DNA of 32,000 nt from Dickeya dadantii NCPPB 898 (GCF_000406145.1 NZ_CM001976.1:3704232-3736231), one strand, 5' to 3'; shown: positions 16,207 through 24,845, counted from the first letter of the stretch. Program-made: numbers and translations. The notes: generated from the sequence alone by a model not told the origin.

Positions 16207-17691
16207 ATGCCAGAAAACATGACGCCAGCCGGAACCACCCCGGCGCATTACAGCCCGAGACTGTGCAATGAAGATTTGGCCCCGACGCGTGTGCAAAGCT
16301 GGTCCTGGTACAACATCTTTTCATTCTGGATGTCGGATGTACACAGCATGGGCGGTTACGTGGTGGCGGCCAGCTTCTTTACGCTGGGCCTGGCTAGCTG
16401 GCAGGTGCTGTTGTGCCTGCTGGCGGGTATCTGCATCGTGCAACTGTGCGCCAATCTGGTGGCCAAACCCAGCCAGCTCAGCGGCGTACCCTATGCGGTG
16501 ATGTGCCGTCAGTCCTTCGGCGTGTTCGGCGCCAACATTCCGGCGGTGATCCGCGGGTTGATCGCGTTCGCCTGGTACGGTATCCAGACCTATCTGGCCG
16601 CCAGCGCGCTGATGCTGGTGCTGTTGAAATTCGTGCCGTCGCTCACCCCGCTGACCACCAGCCACTGGCTCGGCCTGTCGACGCTGGGCTGGCTGTGCTT
16701 CGGCGTGATGTGGCTGTTGCAGGCGATGGTGTTCTGGCACGGCATGAGCGCCATTAAGCGCTTTATTGATATCGCCGGCCCGGCGGTCTACGTGGTGATG
16801 CTGGCGCTGGCCGGGTGGATTGTATACAAAACCGGACTGGAGAATATCTCCTTCACGCTGGGCAGCAAATCCCTCAGCAGCGGCGAGCAGGTTTGGCAGA
16901 TGATCACCGCCACGGCGCTGGTGGTGTCCTACTTCTCCGGCCCGTTGCTCAACTTCGGCGACTTCTCCCGCTACGCTAAAAGCATGCAGGAAATCCGCCG
17001 CGGCAACCGCTGGGGCTTGCCGTTCAACTTCCTGCTGTTCTCCATCGTCACGGTGGTGATCGTCTCTGGTACTCAGTCGCTGTTCGGCCAGATGATCACC
17101 GACCCGATCGAAACCGTCAGCCGCGTCGGCAACAGCGTGGCGGTGGCGCTGGGCCTGCTGACCATGATCGTCGCCACCATCGGCATCAACATTGTCGCCA
17201 ACTTCGTTTCTCCGGCGTTCGATTTCTCCAACTGCGCGCCGCAGCGCATCAGTTTCCGCACCGGCGGGATGATCGCCGCGGTCGGTTCGGTGCTGCTCAC
17301 CCCGTGGAACCTGTTCAACTCACCGGAATTGATCCACTACACGCTCGACGTGCTGGGCGCGTTCATCGGCCCGCTGTTCGGCATCCTGCTGGCGGATTTC
17401 TACCTGATCAAAGGCGGCAAGGTGGATGTGGACGCGCTGTTCAACGATACCCCCAGCGGACGCTACTGGTACCGCAACGGCATCAACCCGAACGCGGTGC
17501 TGGCGCTGCTGCCGTCGGTGGCTATCGGGCTGGTAATAAGCTTCGTGCCGGACTGGCATGAAGTCGCCAATTTCAGTTGGTTTATCGGCGTGGCGCTGGG
17601 CGCCGGCAGCTACCGTTATCTGGCTCGTCGGGAAAAAGCCGTCACGCCGGCCGCGACCGGGCTGTCGGGTCTGGTGCTGGGTAAAGAATAA
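16207..17691 (+). CDS. hpxC: NCS1-family allantoin permease (PucI/Mhp1-like)
   Basis: From ATG 16207 (AGGAG at 16194..16198) a 494-aa 12-TM protein begins MPENMTPAGTTPAHYSPRLCNEDLAPT...SWYNIFSFWMSDVHS.GGY, the typical NCS1 N-terminal motif. The upstream 62 codons of the track ORF run across the promoter region. Confidence 0.85.
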   Translation: MPENMTPAGTTPAHYSPRLCNEDLAPTRVQSWSWYNIFSFWMSDVHSMGGYVVAASFFTLGLASWQVLLCLLAGICIVQLCANLVAKPSQLSGVPYAVMCRQSFGVFGANIPAVIRGLIAFAWYGIQTYLAASALMLVLLKFVPSLTPLTTSHWLGLSTLGWLCFGVMWLLQAMVFWHGMSAIKRFIDIAGPAVYVVMLALAGWIVYKTGLENISFTLGSKSLSSGEQVWQMITATALVVSYFSGPLLNFGDFSRYAKSMQEIRRGNRWGLPFNFLLFSIVTVVIVSGTQSLFGQMITDPIETVSRVGNSVAVALGLLTMIVATIGINIVANFVSPAFDFSNCAPQRISFRTGGMIAAVGSVLLTPWNLFNSPELIHYTLDVLGAFIGPLFGILLADFYLIKGGKVDVDALFNDTPSGRYWYRNGINPNAVLALLPSVAIGLVISFVPDWHEVANFSWFIGVALGAGSYRYLARREKAVTPAATGLSGLVLGKE

Positions 17692-17699
17692 ACCGCTCC

Positions 17700-17728
17700 C
17701 GGATCGCGGCGTCGCGATCCGTTTTTTT
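17700..17728 (+). terminator. Rho-independent terminator of hpxC
   Basis: cggatcgcg-gcgt-cgcgatccg is followed by T7. The unit cgatccgttttttt is then duplicated directly (17715..17742). Confidence 0.85.
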
Positions 17729-17886
17729 CGATCCGTTTTTTTGCCCCCTCGTTTTGGTTTTCACTCCATCAGGGCGCCCCGCTTTCGATCGCGCACCGGG
17801 TCCGGCTGTGCCGACACGGTGCATTTTCCTTTACCGGCCGGAGCACCTTCCATAAAAAATAAAGCAGAAACAGTAGATTGAAAAAC

Positions 17887-17902
17887 TGGCACAGGGTTTG
17901 AA
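17887..17902 (+). promoter_or_regulatory. Weak candidate sigma54 promoter for the allophanate hydrolase operon
   Basis: TGGCACagggtTTGAA has a perfect -24 element and correct spacing. The -12 element reads GA instead of the conserved GC. Confidence 0.3.
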
Positions 17903-17905
17903 TGT

Positions 17906-17937
17906 TGCATTCCATCTTGTATACCAACTGGAATGCA
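17906..17937. promoter_or_regulatory. 9-bp perfect inverted repeat enclosing a GntR-type box, immediately upstream of the allophanate hydrolase start
   Basis: tgcattcca-N14-tggaatgca. The 14-nt centre contains TTGTATACCA (17917..17926), a 9/10 match to the hpxS/hpxC palindrome. The 3' arm ends 3 nt before ATG 17941. Confidence 0.5.
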
Positions 17938-17940
17938 TTT

Positions 17941-19743
17941 ATGACATCACAGACTGCTTATACCGGCTTCACGCTGCCTCAGTGGCAGCGCCACTACCAG
18001 CAGCACCCGGACCGGGTGACTGAAACCCTGCTGACCGTCTGGAGATCGCTGCGCGCTGACGACCCGGCGTGGATTTATCTGCCCGACGAAGCCCAACTGA
18101 GCGAGCAGATCGCCCACCTGCTCAGCCAGCCTGACGCCCAATGCCTGCCGCTTTTCGGCATTCCGTTCGCGGTCAAAGACAACATTGATGTCGCCGGCTG
18201 GCCCACCAGCGCCGCCTGTCCGGCGTTTACTTACACCGCGGCGCAAGACGCCACCGTGGTCGCGCGCCTGAAGGCCGCCGGCGCCATCGTGCTCGGCAAA
18301 ACCAACCTTGACCAATTCGCCACCGGGTTGGTGGGCACCCGCTCACCGTTTGGCGCGGTTGCCAACAGCTTTAATCCGGAATATGTCAGCGGCGGCTCCA
18401 GTTCCGGCTCAGCCTCAGCCGTGGCGCGCGGGCTGGTGCCGTTCGCGCTGGGCACCGATACCGCCGGCTCCGGCCGCGTTCCGGCCGGCTTCAATAACAT
18501 CGTCGGACTGAAACCCACCAAGGGCTGGCTGTCGACGCAGGGGGTGGTGCCGGCCTGTCGCCTGAACGACTGCGTGTCGGTGTTCGCCTTGACGGTGCAG
18601 GACGCCTGGTTCGTCGCCACGCTGGCGGGCGGCTATGACGAACGCGACGCCTATTCGCGCCATCATCCCCGCACCACGCCAGCGACGATGTCGGCCTGGC
18701 TACGTCTGGCGGTGCCGCATCCACTGGAATTCTTTGGCGATCGACAGGCGGAGCAGGCGTTTCAGCAGGCGCTGTCGCATTTGCAGTCAATCGGCGCGAC
18801 GCTGGAACCGCTGGATTTCAGCCCGTTCGCACAGCTGGCGCGTCAATTATATGAAGGGCCGTGGGTAGCGGAACGCACCGTGGCAGTCGGCCAGTTGCTG
18901 TATGAGCAGCCGGAGGCGATGGACCCGACCGTACGCGGCATCATCGCCAAAGGCGCCGATTACAGCGCTTGCGAGGTGTTTGAAGCGGAATACCTGCGCG
19001 CGGAGCTGGCCCGGCAAATTGCCGCCCGGTTAAGCGGATTTGACGCGCTGGTGGTACCCACCGCGCCCACCATTCATACGCTGGAAGAGATGAAGCAGCA
19101 GCCGGTGGCCTACAACTCACAGTTCGGCTTCTACACCAACTTCACCAATCTGGCGGATTTGTGCGGGCTGGCACTGCCGGTGTCATTTCGCGACGATGGC
19201 CTGCCCGCCGGCATCACGCTGATTGCGCCAGCCTGGCATGACGCCGCGCTGGCGGCGTTCGGCCAACGTTGGCAGTCAGCCACGGCGCTGCCGCTGGGCG
19301 CTACCGGCAAGACCCTGCCGCCGGTTCCGCTCCAGGAAACGGCCTCTCCCCATCATGTGCGACTCGCCGTAGTAGGCGCTCACTTAAGTGGAATGCCGCT
19401 CAATTTTCAGTTGCTGACCCGCCACGCCGTCAAAGTGGAAGACACCACCACATCAGCCGACTATCGCCTGTACGCGCTGGCGAATACCCAACCGCCTAAG
19501 CCCGGACTGGTCAAAACGGGTCAGGGACAGCCGATTACCGTGGAGCTGTGGGATATTCCGCTGGCGCGCTTCGGCGAGTTGGTGGCGGAAGTCCCGGCGC
19601 CGCTCGGCATCGGCACGCTGACGCTGGCGGATGGCCGTCAGGTCAAAGGCTTCATCTGTGAACCGGCGGCGCTTAACGCCGCGCGGGACATTACCGAATT
19701 CGGCGGCTGGCGCGCCTTTGTAACCCAACACTCTCCAGCCTGA
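17941..19743 (+). CDS. Allophanate hydrolase (AtzF/DUR1,2-C type: amidase-signature domain plus C-terminal allophanate-hydrolase domain)
   Basis: About 600 aa. The N-terminal AS domain reads FAVKDNIDVAG...GKTNLDQFATGLVGTRSPFG...GGSSSGSASAVARGLVPFALGTDTAGSGRVPA. The C-terminal ~120 aa reads LAVVGAHLSGMPLN.QL...YRLYAL....KPGLV...G..I.VELW..P...FG, typical of allophanate hydrolases. An alternative start at 17902 is possible. Confidence 0.85.
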   Translation: MTSQTAYTGFTLPQWQRHYQQHPDRVTETLLTVWRSLRADDPAWIYLPDEAQLSEQIAHLLSQPDAQCLPLFGIPFAVKDNIDVAGWPTSAACPAFTYTAAQDATVVARLKAAGAIVLGKTNLDQFATGLVGTRSPFGAVANSFNPEYVSGGSSSGSASAVARGLVPFALGTDTAGSGRVPAGFNNIVGLKPTKGWLSTQGVVPACRLNDCVSVFALTVQDAWFVATLAGGYDERDAYSRHHPRTTPATMSAWLRLAVPHPLEFFGDRQAEQAFQQALSHLQSIGATLEPLDFSPFAQLARQLYEGPWVAERTVAVGQLLYEQPEAMDPTVRGIIAKGADYSACEVFEAEYLRAELARQIAARLSGFDALVVPTAPTIHTLEEMKQQPVAYNSQFGFYTNFTNLADLCGLALPVSFRDDGLPAGITLIAPAWHDAALAAFGQRWQSATALPLGATGKTLPPVPLQETASPHHVRLAVVGAHLSGMPLNFQLLTRHAVKVEDTTTSADYRLYALANTQPPKPGLVKTGQGQPITVELWDIPLARFGELVAEVPAPLGIGTLTLADGRQVKGFICEPAALNAARDITEFGGWRAFVTQHSPA

Positions 19744-19760
19744 CAACGGGAGGAAACCAG

Positions 19761-20477
19761 ATGCAATTCGCTGCGCCCGACGACCGGAAAGCACGTCACA
19801 AAAACAAACCACCGGTACTGGCGGAACAGGTTTACCAACGGCTCAAGCAGGATATTTTCGATTTTCGGTTGCTGCCGGGAGATCGCTTCACCGAAAACGA
19901 ACTGGCGGAACGCCTGTCGGTCAGCCGCACGCCGATCCGCCAGGCGCTGTTCCGGCTGGAAACCGAAGGGTTTGTGAGCGTGTACTACCGCAGCGGCTGG
20001 CAGGTTAAACCGTTCGATTTCGCTTACTTTGAAGAACTGTACGACCTGCGCATCGTACTGGAGCGGGAAGCGGTGCAGCGGCTGTGCCTGCTGCCGTCTG
20101 ATTCCTGCGCCGCACTGCTCCAGCCGTTGTATCAATACTGGATAGACGAACCACGGCAGGATGACGGCCAGCAGGTTTCCCGGCAGGATGAAGCCTTTCA
20201 TCTGGCGCTGGTCGCGGCCGCCGGCAACCGGGAAATGGCGCGCGTGCATCGAGACGTCACCGAAAAAATCCGCATTATCCGCCGGCTGGATTTCACCCGT
20301 CAGGATCGCATTCAGGCCACCTATCAGGAGCATGCCGTTATCCTGCAAGCCATCCTCGCTCAGGATAGTGAGCAAGCCTGCCGGTTGCTTGCCGAACATA
20401 TCGCCGGCAGCAAAGCCGAGGTTCGCAACATTACCCTGCATCTGTTGCAGCAAGCCAGAAATCAGGCCGCGATTTGA
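19761..20477 (+). CDS. GntR-family (FCD subfamily) transcriptional regulator
   Basis: VYQRLKQDIFDFRLLPGDRFTENELAERLSVSRTPIRQALFRLETEGFV is a wHTH, followed by an FCD-like helical domain. GGAGG lies 8 nt upstream. The gap after the allophanate hydrolase gene is 17 nt. Confidence 0.85.
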   Translation: MQFAAPDDRKARHKNKPPVLAEQVYQRLKQDIFDFRLLPGDRFTENELAERLSVSRTPIRQALFRLETEGFVSVYYRSGWQVKPFDFAYFEELYDLRIVLEREAVQRLCLLPSDSCAALLQPLYQYWIDEPRQDDGQQVSRQDEAFHLALVAAAGNREMARVHRDVTEKIRIIRRLDFTRQDRIQATYQEHAVILQAILAQDSEQACRLLAEHIAGSKAEVRNITLHLLQQARNQAAI

Positions 20478-20484
20478 TACCCGC

Positions 20485-20507
20485 ACTGCCGGTCCGATTC
20501 CGGCAGT
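20485..20507 (+). terminator. Hairpin 8 nt after the GntR stop (weak terminator candidate, no U-tract)
   Basis: actgccgg-tccgatt-ccggcagt is an 8-bp perfect stem. Confidence 0.3.
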
Positions 20508-21167
20508 ATCGCCTGGCTTCTGCGGCTTATCGTCTGCCTCAATATCCCGTCACACGCTATCTTCATATCCGTCACACGTTGGGCCATGGTGACGCTGGCG
20601 GCTCTCGCTTAACGTTATCCACTAAACCCACTAACTCCGCTGACTGATTGCCGTTAATTAATTGCCGCAGATAGATGCCTGCGACCGGAAATGCCTTGAT
20701 TGAATCGTCCCGCAGACTGAATTATTCAGCACACAAGCACTCAGAATCATCCGATTATTTGATCGGAATATCGCGGCGCTGCATACCACATTATCCCGCC
20801 CCAAATCACCGACGGAATCCAACTATTTCCCTGTTTAGCCGTCATTTCATCGCCGTGAACCACACCATAAAACAAACCTATTTCCGATTATCACGCTCGT
20901 TCAATTCATATGAATTTTTCATTAAATCTCACCATTACCAAATCCCGCATTAATCGCATAAAAAACATTGTTTTTACTGTGAAAATTCATTCTCACAAAC
21001 CAATAAAACCCCAAAAAAACAAAACATTCCAACCGAATGAAAATAAATAAAAAATAAATAATTTTACGCATGGAAAAATCCTCTTTCACTTTTCACAAAA
21101 AAAAGAATCCACTCAGAAAAACACCGACAAACAATTCCAAAAATGCGCATTAATTGCCATCACAGGG

Positions 21168-21195
21168 TTGTCAGACCGTCGGTTTATGGTAGGGT
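21168..21195 (+). promoter_or_regulatory. proU osmoregulated sigma70 promoter
   Basis: TTGTCA, 16 nt, then TAGGGT. The unusual TAGGGT -10 hexamer and the 16-nt spacer are the same as in the E. coli/Salmonella proU P2 promoter as I recall it. It lies about 70 nt upstream of the proV ATG. Confidence 0.7.
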
Positions 21196-21264
21196 ATAAA
21201 AAGTTTTATTCACCATGAGGCAGCGAGAAAAAACAATTAAACCACACAGGAAAACCTTAATTAC

Positions 21265-22467
21265 ATGGCAATTAAACTTGAAGTAACGCATCTGTATAAA
21301 ATATTCGGTGAGCACCCCGAACGCGCATTCAGGCTATTGGAACAGGGACTGAGCAAGGATCAGATTTTTGAGAAAACCGGTCTGACGGTGGGGGTAAAAG
21401 ACGCCAGTCTGGCCATTGAAGAAGGCGAGATTTTTGTGATCATGGGGTTGTCCGGTTCCGGCAAATCCACCCTGGTACGCCTTCTCAATCGCCTGATAGA
21501 ACCTACCCGTGGTCAGGTGCTGATCGACGGCGAAGATATCTCTCGCCTGCCGGACGGCGCGCTGCGTGCGGTTCGTCGTAAGCAGATCAGCATGGTGTTT
21601 CAGTCTTTCGCGCTGATGCCTCACCTGAATATTCTCGACAACACCGCATTCGGCATGGATCTGGCCGGGGTGCCTCGCGCGGAACGCGAACAGAAAGCGC
21701 TGAACGCGCTGCAGCAGGTCGGCCTGGAAACCTACGCCCACGCCTACCCAGACGAGCTATCAGGCGGGATGCGCCAGCGTGTCGGCCTGGCCCGCGCGCT
21801 GGCCAACGACCCCGACATCCTGCTGATGGACGAAGCGTTTTCAGCGCTCGACCCGCTGATCCGCACCGAGATGCAGGATGAGTTGGTCAAGCTGCAGGCG
21901 CGTCAGCAACGCACCATTGTGTTCATATCGCACGACCTGGATGAAGCGATGCGCATCGGCGATCGCATTGCCATCATGCACAGCGGCGAAGTGATTCAGG
22001 TCGGCACGCCGGATGAGATTCTCAATAACCCGGCTAACGATTATGTACGTACCTTCTTCCGCGGTGTGGATATCAGCCACGTGTTCACCGCCAAAGACAT
22101 CGCCCGCCGACGCCCGGTGGCGGTGATCCGCAAAACGCCGGGCGTCGGCCCGCGATCCGCGCTCAGGATCCTGCAAGAGGAGGATCGCGAGTACGGGTAT
22201 GTGCTGGAGCGGGGGCGCAAGTTCATCGGCGTAGTCTCCATCGATTCCCTCAAACAGGCGCTGCGCGGGCAGCAGCCGCTGGAGCAGGCATTACTGCCCG
22301 CCCCGGCGCCGGTCCCCGCGAGCATGCCGCTCAACGAGCTGATATCCCAGGTGGCGCAAGCTCCCTGCGCGGTACCTGTTGTGGACGAAAACCATGAATA
22401 TCTCGGCATTATCTCCAAAGGGATGCTGCTGCAGGCGCTGGATAAGGAGAGTACGCTGAATGACTGA
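21265..22467 (+). CDS. proV: Glycine betaine/proline betaine ABC transporter ATPase with tandem CBS domains
   Basis: [22 protein letters not shown]...GLSGSGKST...[15 protein letters not shown]...[11 protein letters not shown] is near-colinear with E. coli ProV, including the C-terminal CBS region. Confidence 0.95.
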   Translation: MAIKLEVTHLYKIFGEHPERAFRLLEQGLSKDQIFEKTGLTVGVKDASLAIEEGEIFVIMGLSGSGKSTLVRLLNRLIEPTRGQVLIDGEDISRLPDGALRAVRRKQISMVFQSFALMPHLNILDNTAFGMDLAGVPRAEREQKALNALQQVGLETYAHAYPDELSGGMRQRVGLARALANDPDILLMDEAFSALDPLIRTEMQDELVKLQARQQRTIVFISHDLDEAMRIGDRIAIMHSGEVIQVGTPDEILNNPANDYVRTFFRGVDISHVFTAKDIARRRPVAVIRKTPGVGPRSALRILQEEDREYGYVLERGRKFIGVVSIDSLKQALRGQQPLEQALLPAPAPVPASMPLNELISQVAQAPCAVPVVDENHEYLGIISKGMLLQALDKESTLND

Positions 22468-23677
22468 TACCACACAAAACCCCTGGGAAGAGGATCAAGC
22501 GCCGGATCAGGCCGCGGCCGCTAACCACAGCCATGCCGCCACATCGGGCGAACATGCCGTCGCCGCAGGCTCATCCGGCACCCCGGCGCAGACTGACCCC
22601 TGGGCGGCGTCATCATCAGCGCCGGCCGGCAACACGCCGGCATCGGGCAACGCCGCCGACGCCTGGAGCAATGCGCCGCCGCCCGCCGCCAGCGACGTAC
22701 ACCAGAGCGCAGCCGACTGGCTGAACAGCACGCCGACGCCGACACAAGAGCATTTCAACCTGATGGATCCGTTCCGCCATACGCTGGTGCCTCTCGACCG
22801 TTGGGTGACCGAAGGCATCGACTGGCTGGTGCTGCACTTTCGCCCGCTGTTTCAGGGCATTCGCGTACCGGTCGATATGATTCTTACCAGTTTTCAGCAA
22901 CTGCTGACCGGCCTGCCCGCGCCGGTCGCCATTCTGGTGTTCTCGCTGCTGGCCTGGCAGGTGTCCAGCTTCGGCATGGGCGTAGCGACGCTGCTGTCGC
23001 TCGTGGCTATCGGCGCCATCGGTGCCTGGTCGCAGGCCATGGTGACGCTGGCGCTGGTGCTGACCGCGCTGTTCTTCTGCGTGATCATCGGCCTGCCGCT
23101 GGGGATCTGGCTGGCGCACAGCGATCGCGCCGCCCGTATTGTGCGCCCGCTGCTGGACGCCATGCAGACTACACCGGCCTTCGTCTATCTGATACCGATC
23201 GTGATGCTGTTCGGTATCGGTAACGTGCCGGGCGTGGTGGTAACCATTATTTTCGCCCTGCCGCCGATTATTCGCCTGACCATCCTCGGTATCCGTCAGG
23301 TACCGGCGGATCTGGTGGAAGCGGCGCAATCCTTTGGCGCCAGCCCGCGCCAGATGCTGTTCAAAGTGCAGTTACCGCTGGCGATGCCCACCATCATGGC
23401 CGGCATCAACCAGACGCTGATGCTGGCGCTATCGATGGTGGTGATCGCCTCGATGATCGCCGTCGGCGGGCTGGGGCAGATGGTGCTGCGCGGTATCGGC
23501 CGTCTCGACATGGGGCTGGCGTCCATCGGCGGGGTCGGCATCGTGATTCTGGCGATCATTCTGGACCGTCTGACCCAGTCGCTCGGGCGTGACGCCCGCA
23601 GCCGCGGTAACCGCCATTGGTACCACCACGGTCCGTTGGGGCTGCTGGCTCGCCCCTTCATCAAATCCCGGGCCTAA
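22460..23677 (+). CDS. proW: Glycine betaine/proline betaine ABC transporter permease
   Basis: From ...[28 protein letters not shown]... onward the protein is colinear with E. coli ProW. The ATG overlaps the proV 3' end by 8 nt. The N-terminal Ala/Pro/Ser-rich tail is about 45-50 aa longer than in E. coli. Confidence 0.95.
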   Translation: MTDTTQNPWEEDQAPDQAAAANHSHAATSGEHAVAAGSSGTPAQTDPWAASSSAPAGNTPASGNAADAWSNAPPPAASDVHQSAADWLNSTPTPTQEHFNLMDPFRHTLVPLDRWVTEGIDWLVLHFRPLFQGIRVPVDMILTSFQQLLTGLPAPVAILVFSLLAWQVSSFGMGVATLLSLVAIGAIGAWSQAMVTLALVLTALFFCVIIGLPLGIWLAHSDRAARIVRPLLDAMQTTPAFVYLIPIVMLFGIGNVPGVVVTIIFALPPIIRLTILGIRQVPADLVEAAQSFGASPRQMLFKVQLPLAMPTIMAGINQTLMLALSMVVIASMIAVGGLGQMVLRGIGRLDMGLASIGGVGIVILAIILDRLTQSLGRDARSRGNRHWYHHGPLGLLARPFIKSRA

Positions 23678-23798
23678 GACCGCCCGGACCGCACCACCTG
23701 ACCCTGCGGCCGGCGCCGGCTGGCCGCACTCTCTGACACAGGTGTCTGTGCGTCGTTCACGACTGCTTATTGAATAAGACAATATGAGGACTATCCGT

Positions 23799-24797
23799 AT
23801 GCGTAACATCAGCATGGCAACGCTTGCCCTGACTACCGTACTGAGTACCGGCCTGTTTGCCGCCGACGACCTTCCCGGCAAAGGCATCACCGTTAAACCG
23901 GTGCAAAGCACTATCTCCGAAGAAACCTTCCAAACGCTGCTGGTCAGCAAAGCGCTGGAAAAACTGGGTTATACCGTCGATAAGCCCAGCGAAGTGGACT
24001 ACAACGTCGGTTACACCTCGATCGCCAACGGCGACGCCACCTTCACCGCCGTCAACTGGCAACCGCTGCACGACGACATGTATCAGGCCGCCGGCGGCGA
24101 CGCCAAATTCTACCGTCAGGGAGTCTACGTTTCGGGCGCGGCGCAGGGATACCTGATCGACAAGAAAACCGCCGAACGCTACCACATTACCCGGCTGGAT
24201 CAACTCAAGGACCCGAAACTGGCGAAACTGTTCGATACCAACGGCGACGGCAAGGCGGACCTGACCGGCTGTAACCCCGGCTGGGGCTGCGACAGCGTCA
24301 TCAATCACCAGATTCAGGCCTACGGGCTGGGCGACACCGTCAACCACAATCAGGGCAACTACGCGGCGCTAATCGCCGATACCATCGCCCGCTACAAGCA
24401 GGGTAAATCGGTCATATTCTTCACCTGGACACCGTACTGGGTAAGTGATGTGCTGGTGCCGGGACGTGACGTGGTGTGGCTGCAGGTGCCGTTCTCCTCG
24501 CTGCCCGGCAAGCAGAAAGGCACCGACACCAAGCTGCCTAATGGCGCCAACTACGGTTTCCCGGTCAACAATATGCGCATCGTCGCCAACAAGGATTGGG
24601 CTGAAAAAAACCCGGCAGCGGCCAAACTGTTCGCCATCATGAAACTGCCGCTGGCCGACATCAACGCCCAGAACCTGCGCATGCATCAGGGTGAAGCGTC
24701 TCAGCAGGATATCGAGCGTCACGTCAACGGCTGGATCAACGCGCATCAGGCACAGTTTGACGGCTGGCTTAACACCGCCCGCGCGGCAGCAAAGTAA
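23799..24797 (+). CDS. proX: Glycine betaine-binding periplasmic protein
   Basis: [50 protein letters not shown]... is colinear with E. coli ProX. GAGGA (23786..23790) lies 8 nt upstream of ATG 23799. In-frame ATGs at 23784 and 23814 are alternatives. Confidence 0.9.
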   Translation: MRNISMATLALTTVLSTGLFAADDLPGKGITVKPVQSTISEETFQTLLVSKALEKLGYTVDKPSEVDYNVGYTSIANGDATFTAVNWQPLHDDMYQAAGGDAKFYRQGVYVSGAAQGYLIDKKTAERYHITRLDQLKDPKLAKLFDTNGDGKADLTGCNPGWGCDSVINHQIQAYGLGDTVNHNQGNYAALIADTIARYKQGKSVIFFTWTPYWVSDVLVPGRDVVWLQVPFSSLPGKQKGTDTKLPNGANYGFPVNNMRIVANKDWAEKNPAAAKLFAIMKLPLADINAQNLRMHQGEASQQDIERHVNGWINAHQAQFDGWLNTARAAAK

Positions 24798-24817
24798 GTC
24801 GTTACGCCGCGTTAACT

Positions 24818-24845
24818 CAGAGGATGCCCGCTGGGGTATCCTCTG
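24818..24845 (+). terminator. Hairpin downstream of proX (probable proU terminator)
   Basis: cagaggat-gcccgctggggt-atcctctg is an 8-bp stem 20 nt after the stop. The trailing sequence ctgcttcc is only weakly U-rich. Confidence 0.45.

Noticed and set aside
17785-17850. GCACC / GGTGCA words upstream of the allophanate hydrolase gene as possible NtrC enhancer sites.
   Set aside because: The half-sites are 19-21 nt apart rather than forming TGCACC-N5-GGTGCA, so there is no canonical NtrC palindrome.
20675-20953. A 92-aa ORF in the AT-rich tract upstream of proU.
   Set aside because: There is no Shine-Dalgarno sequence. The composition is odd (His/Ser/Ile/Asn-rich, low complexity) with no recognisable fold or motif. 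It lies in a G-depleted region where stop codons are simply rare in that frame.
20978-20997. A CRP-like TGTGA ... TCACA symmetric element.
   Set aside because: The spacer is 10 nt, not the 6 nt required for CRP. It is kept only as a generic small palindrome within the AT-rich tract.
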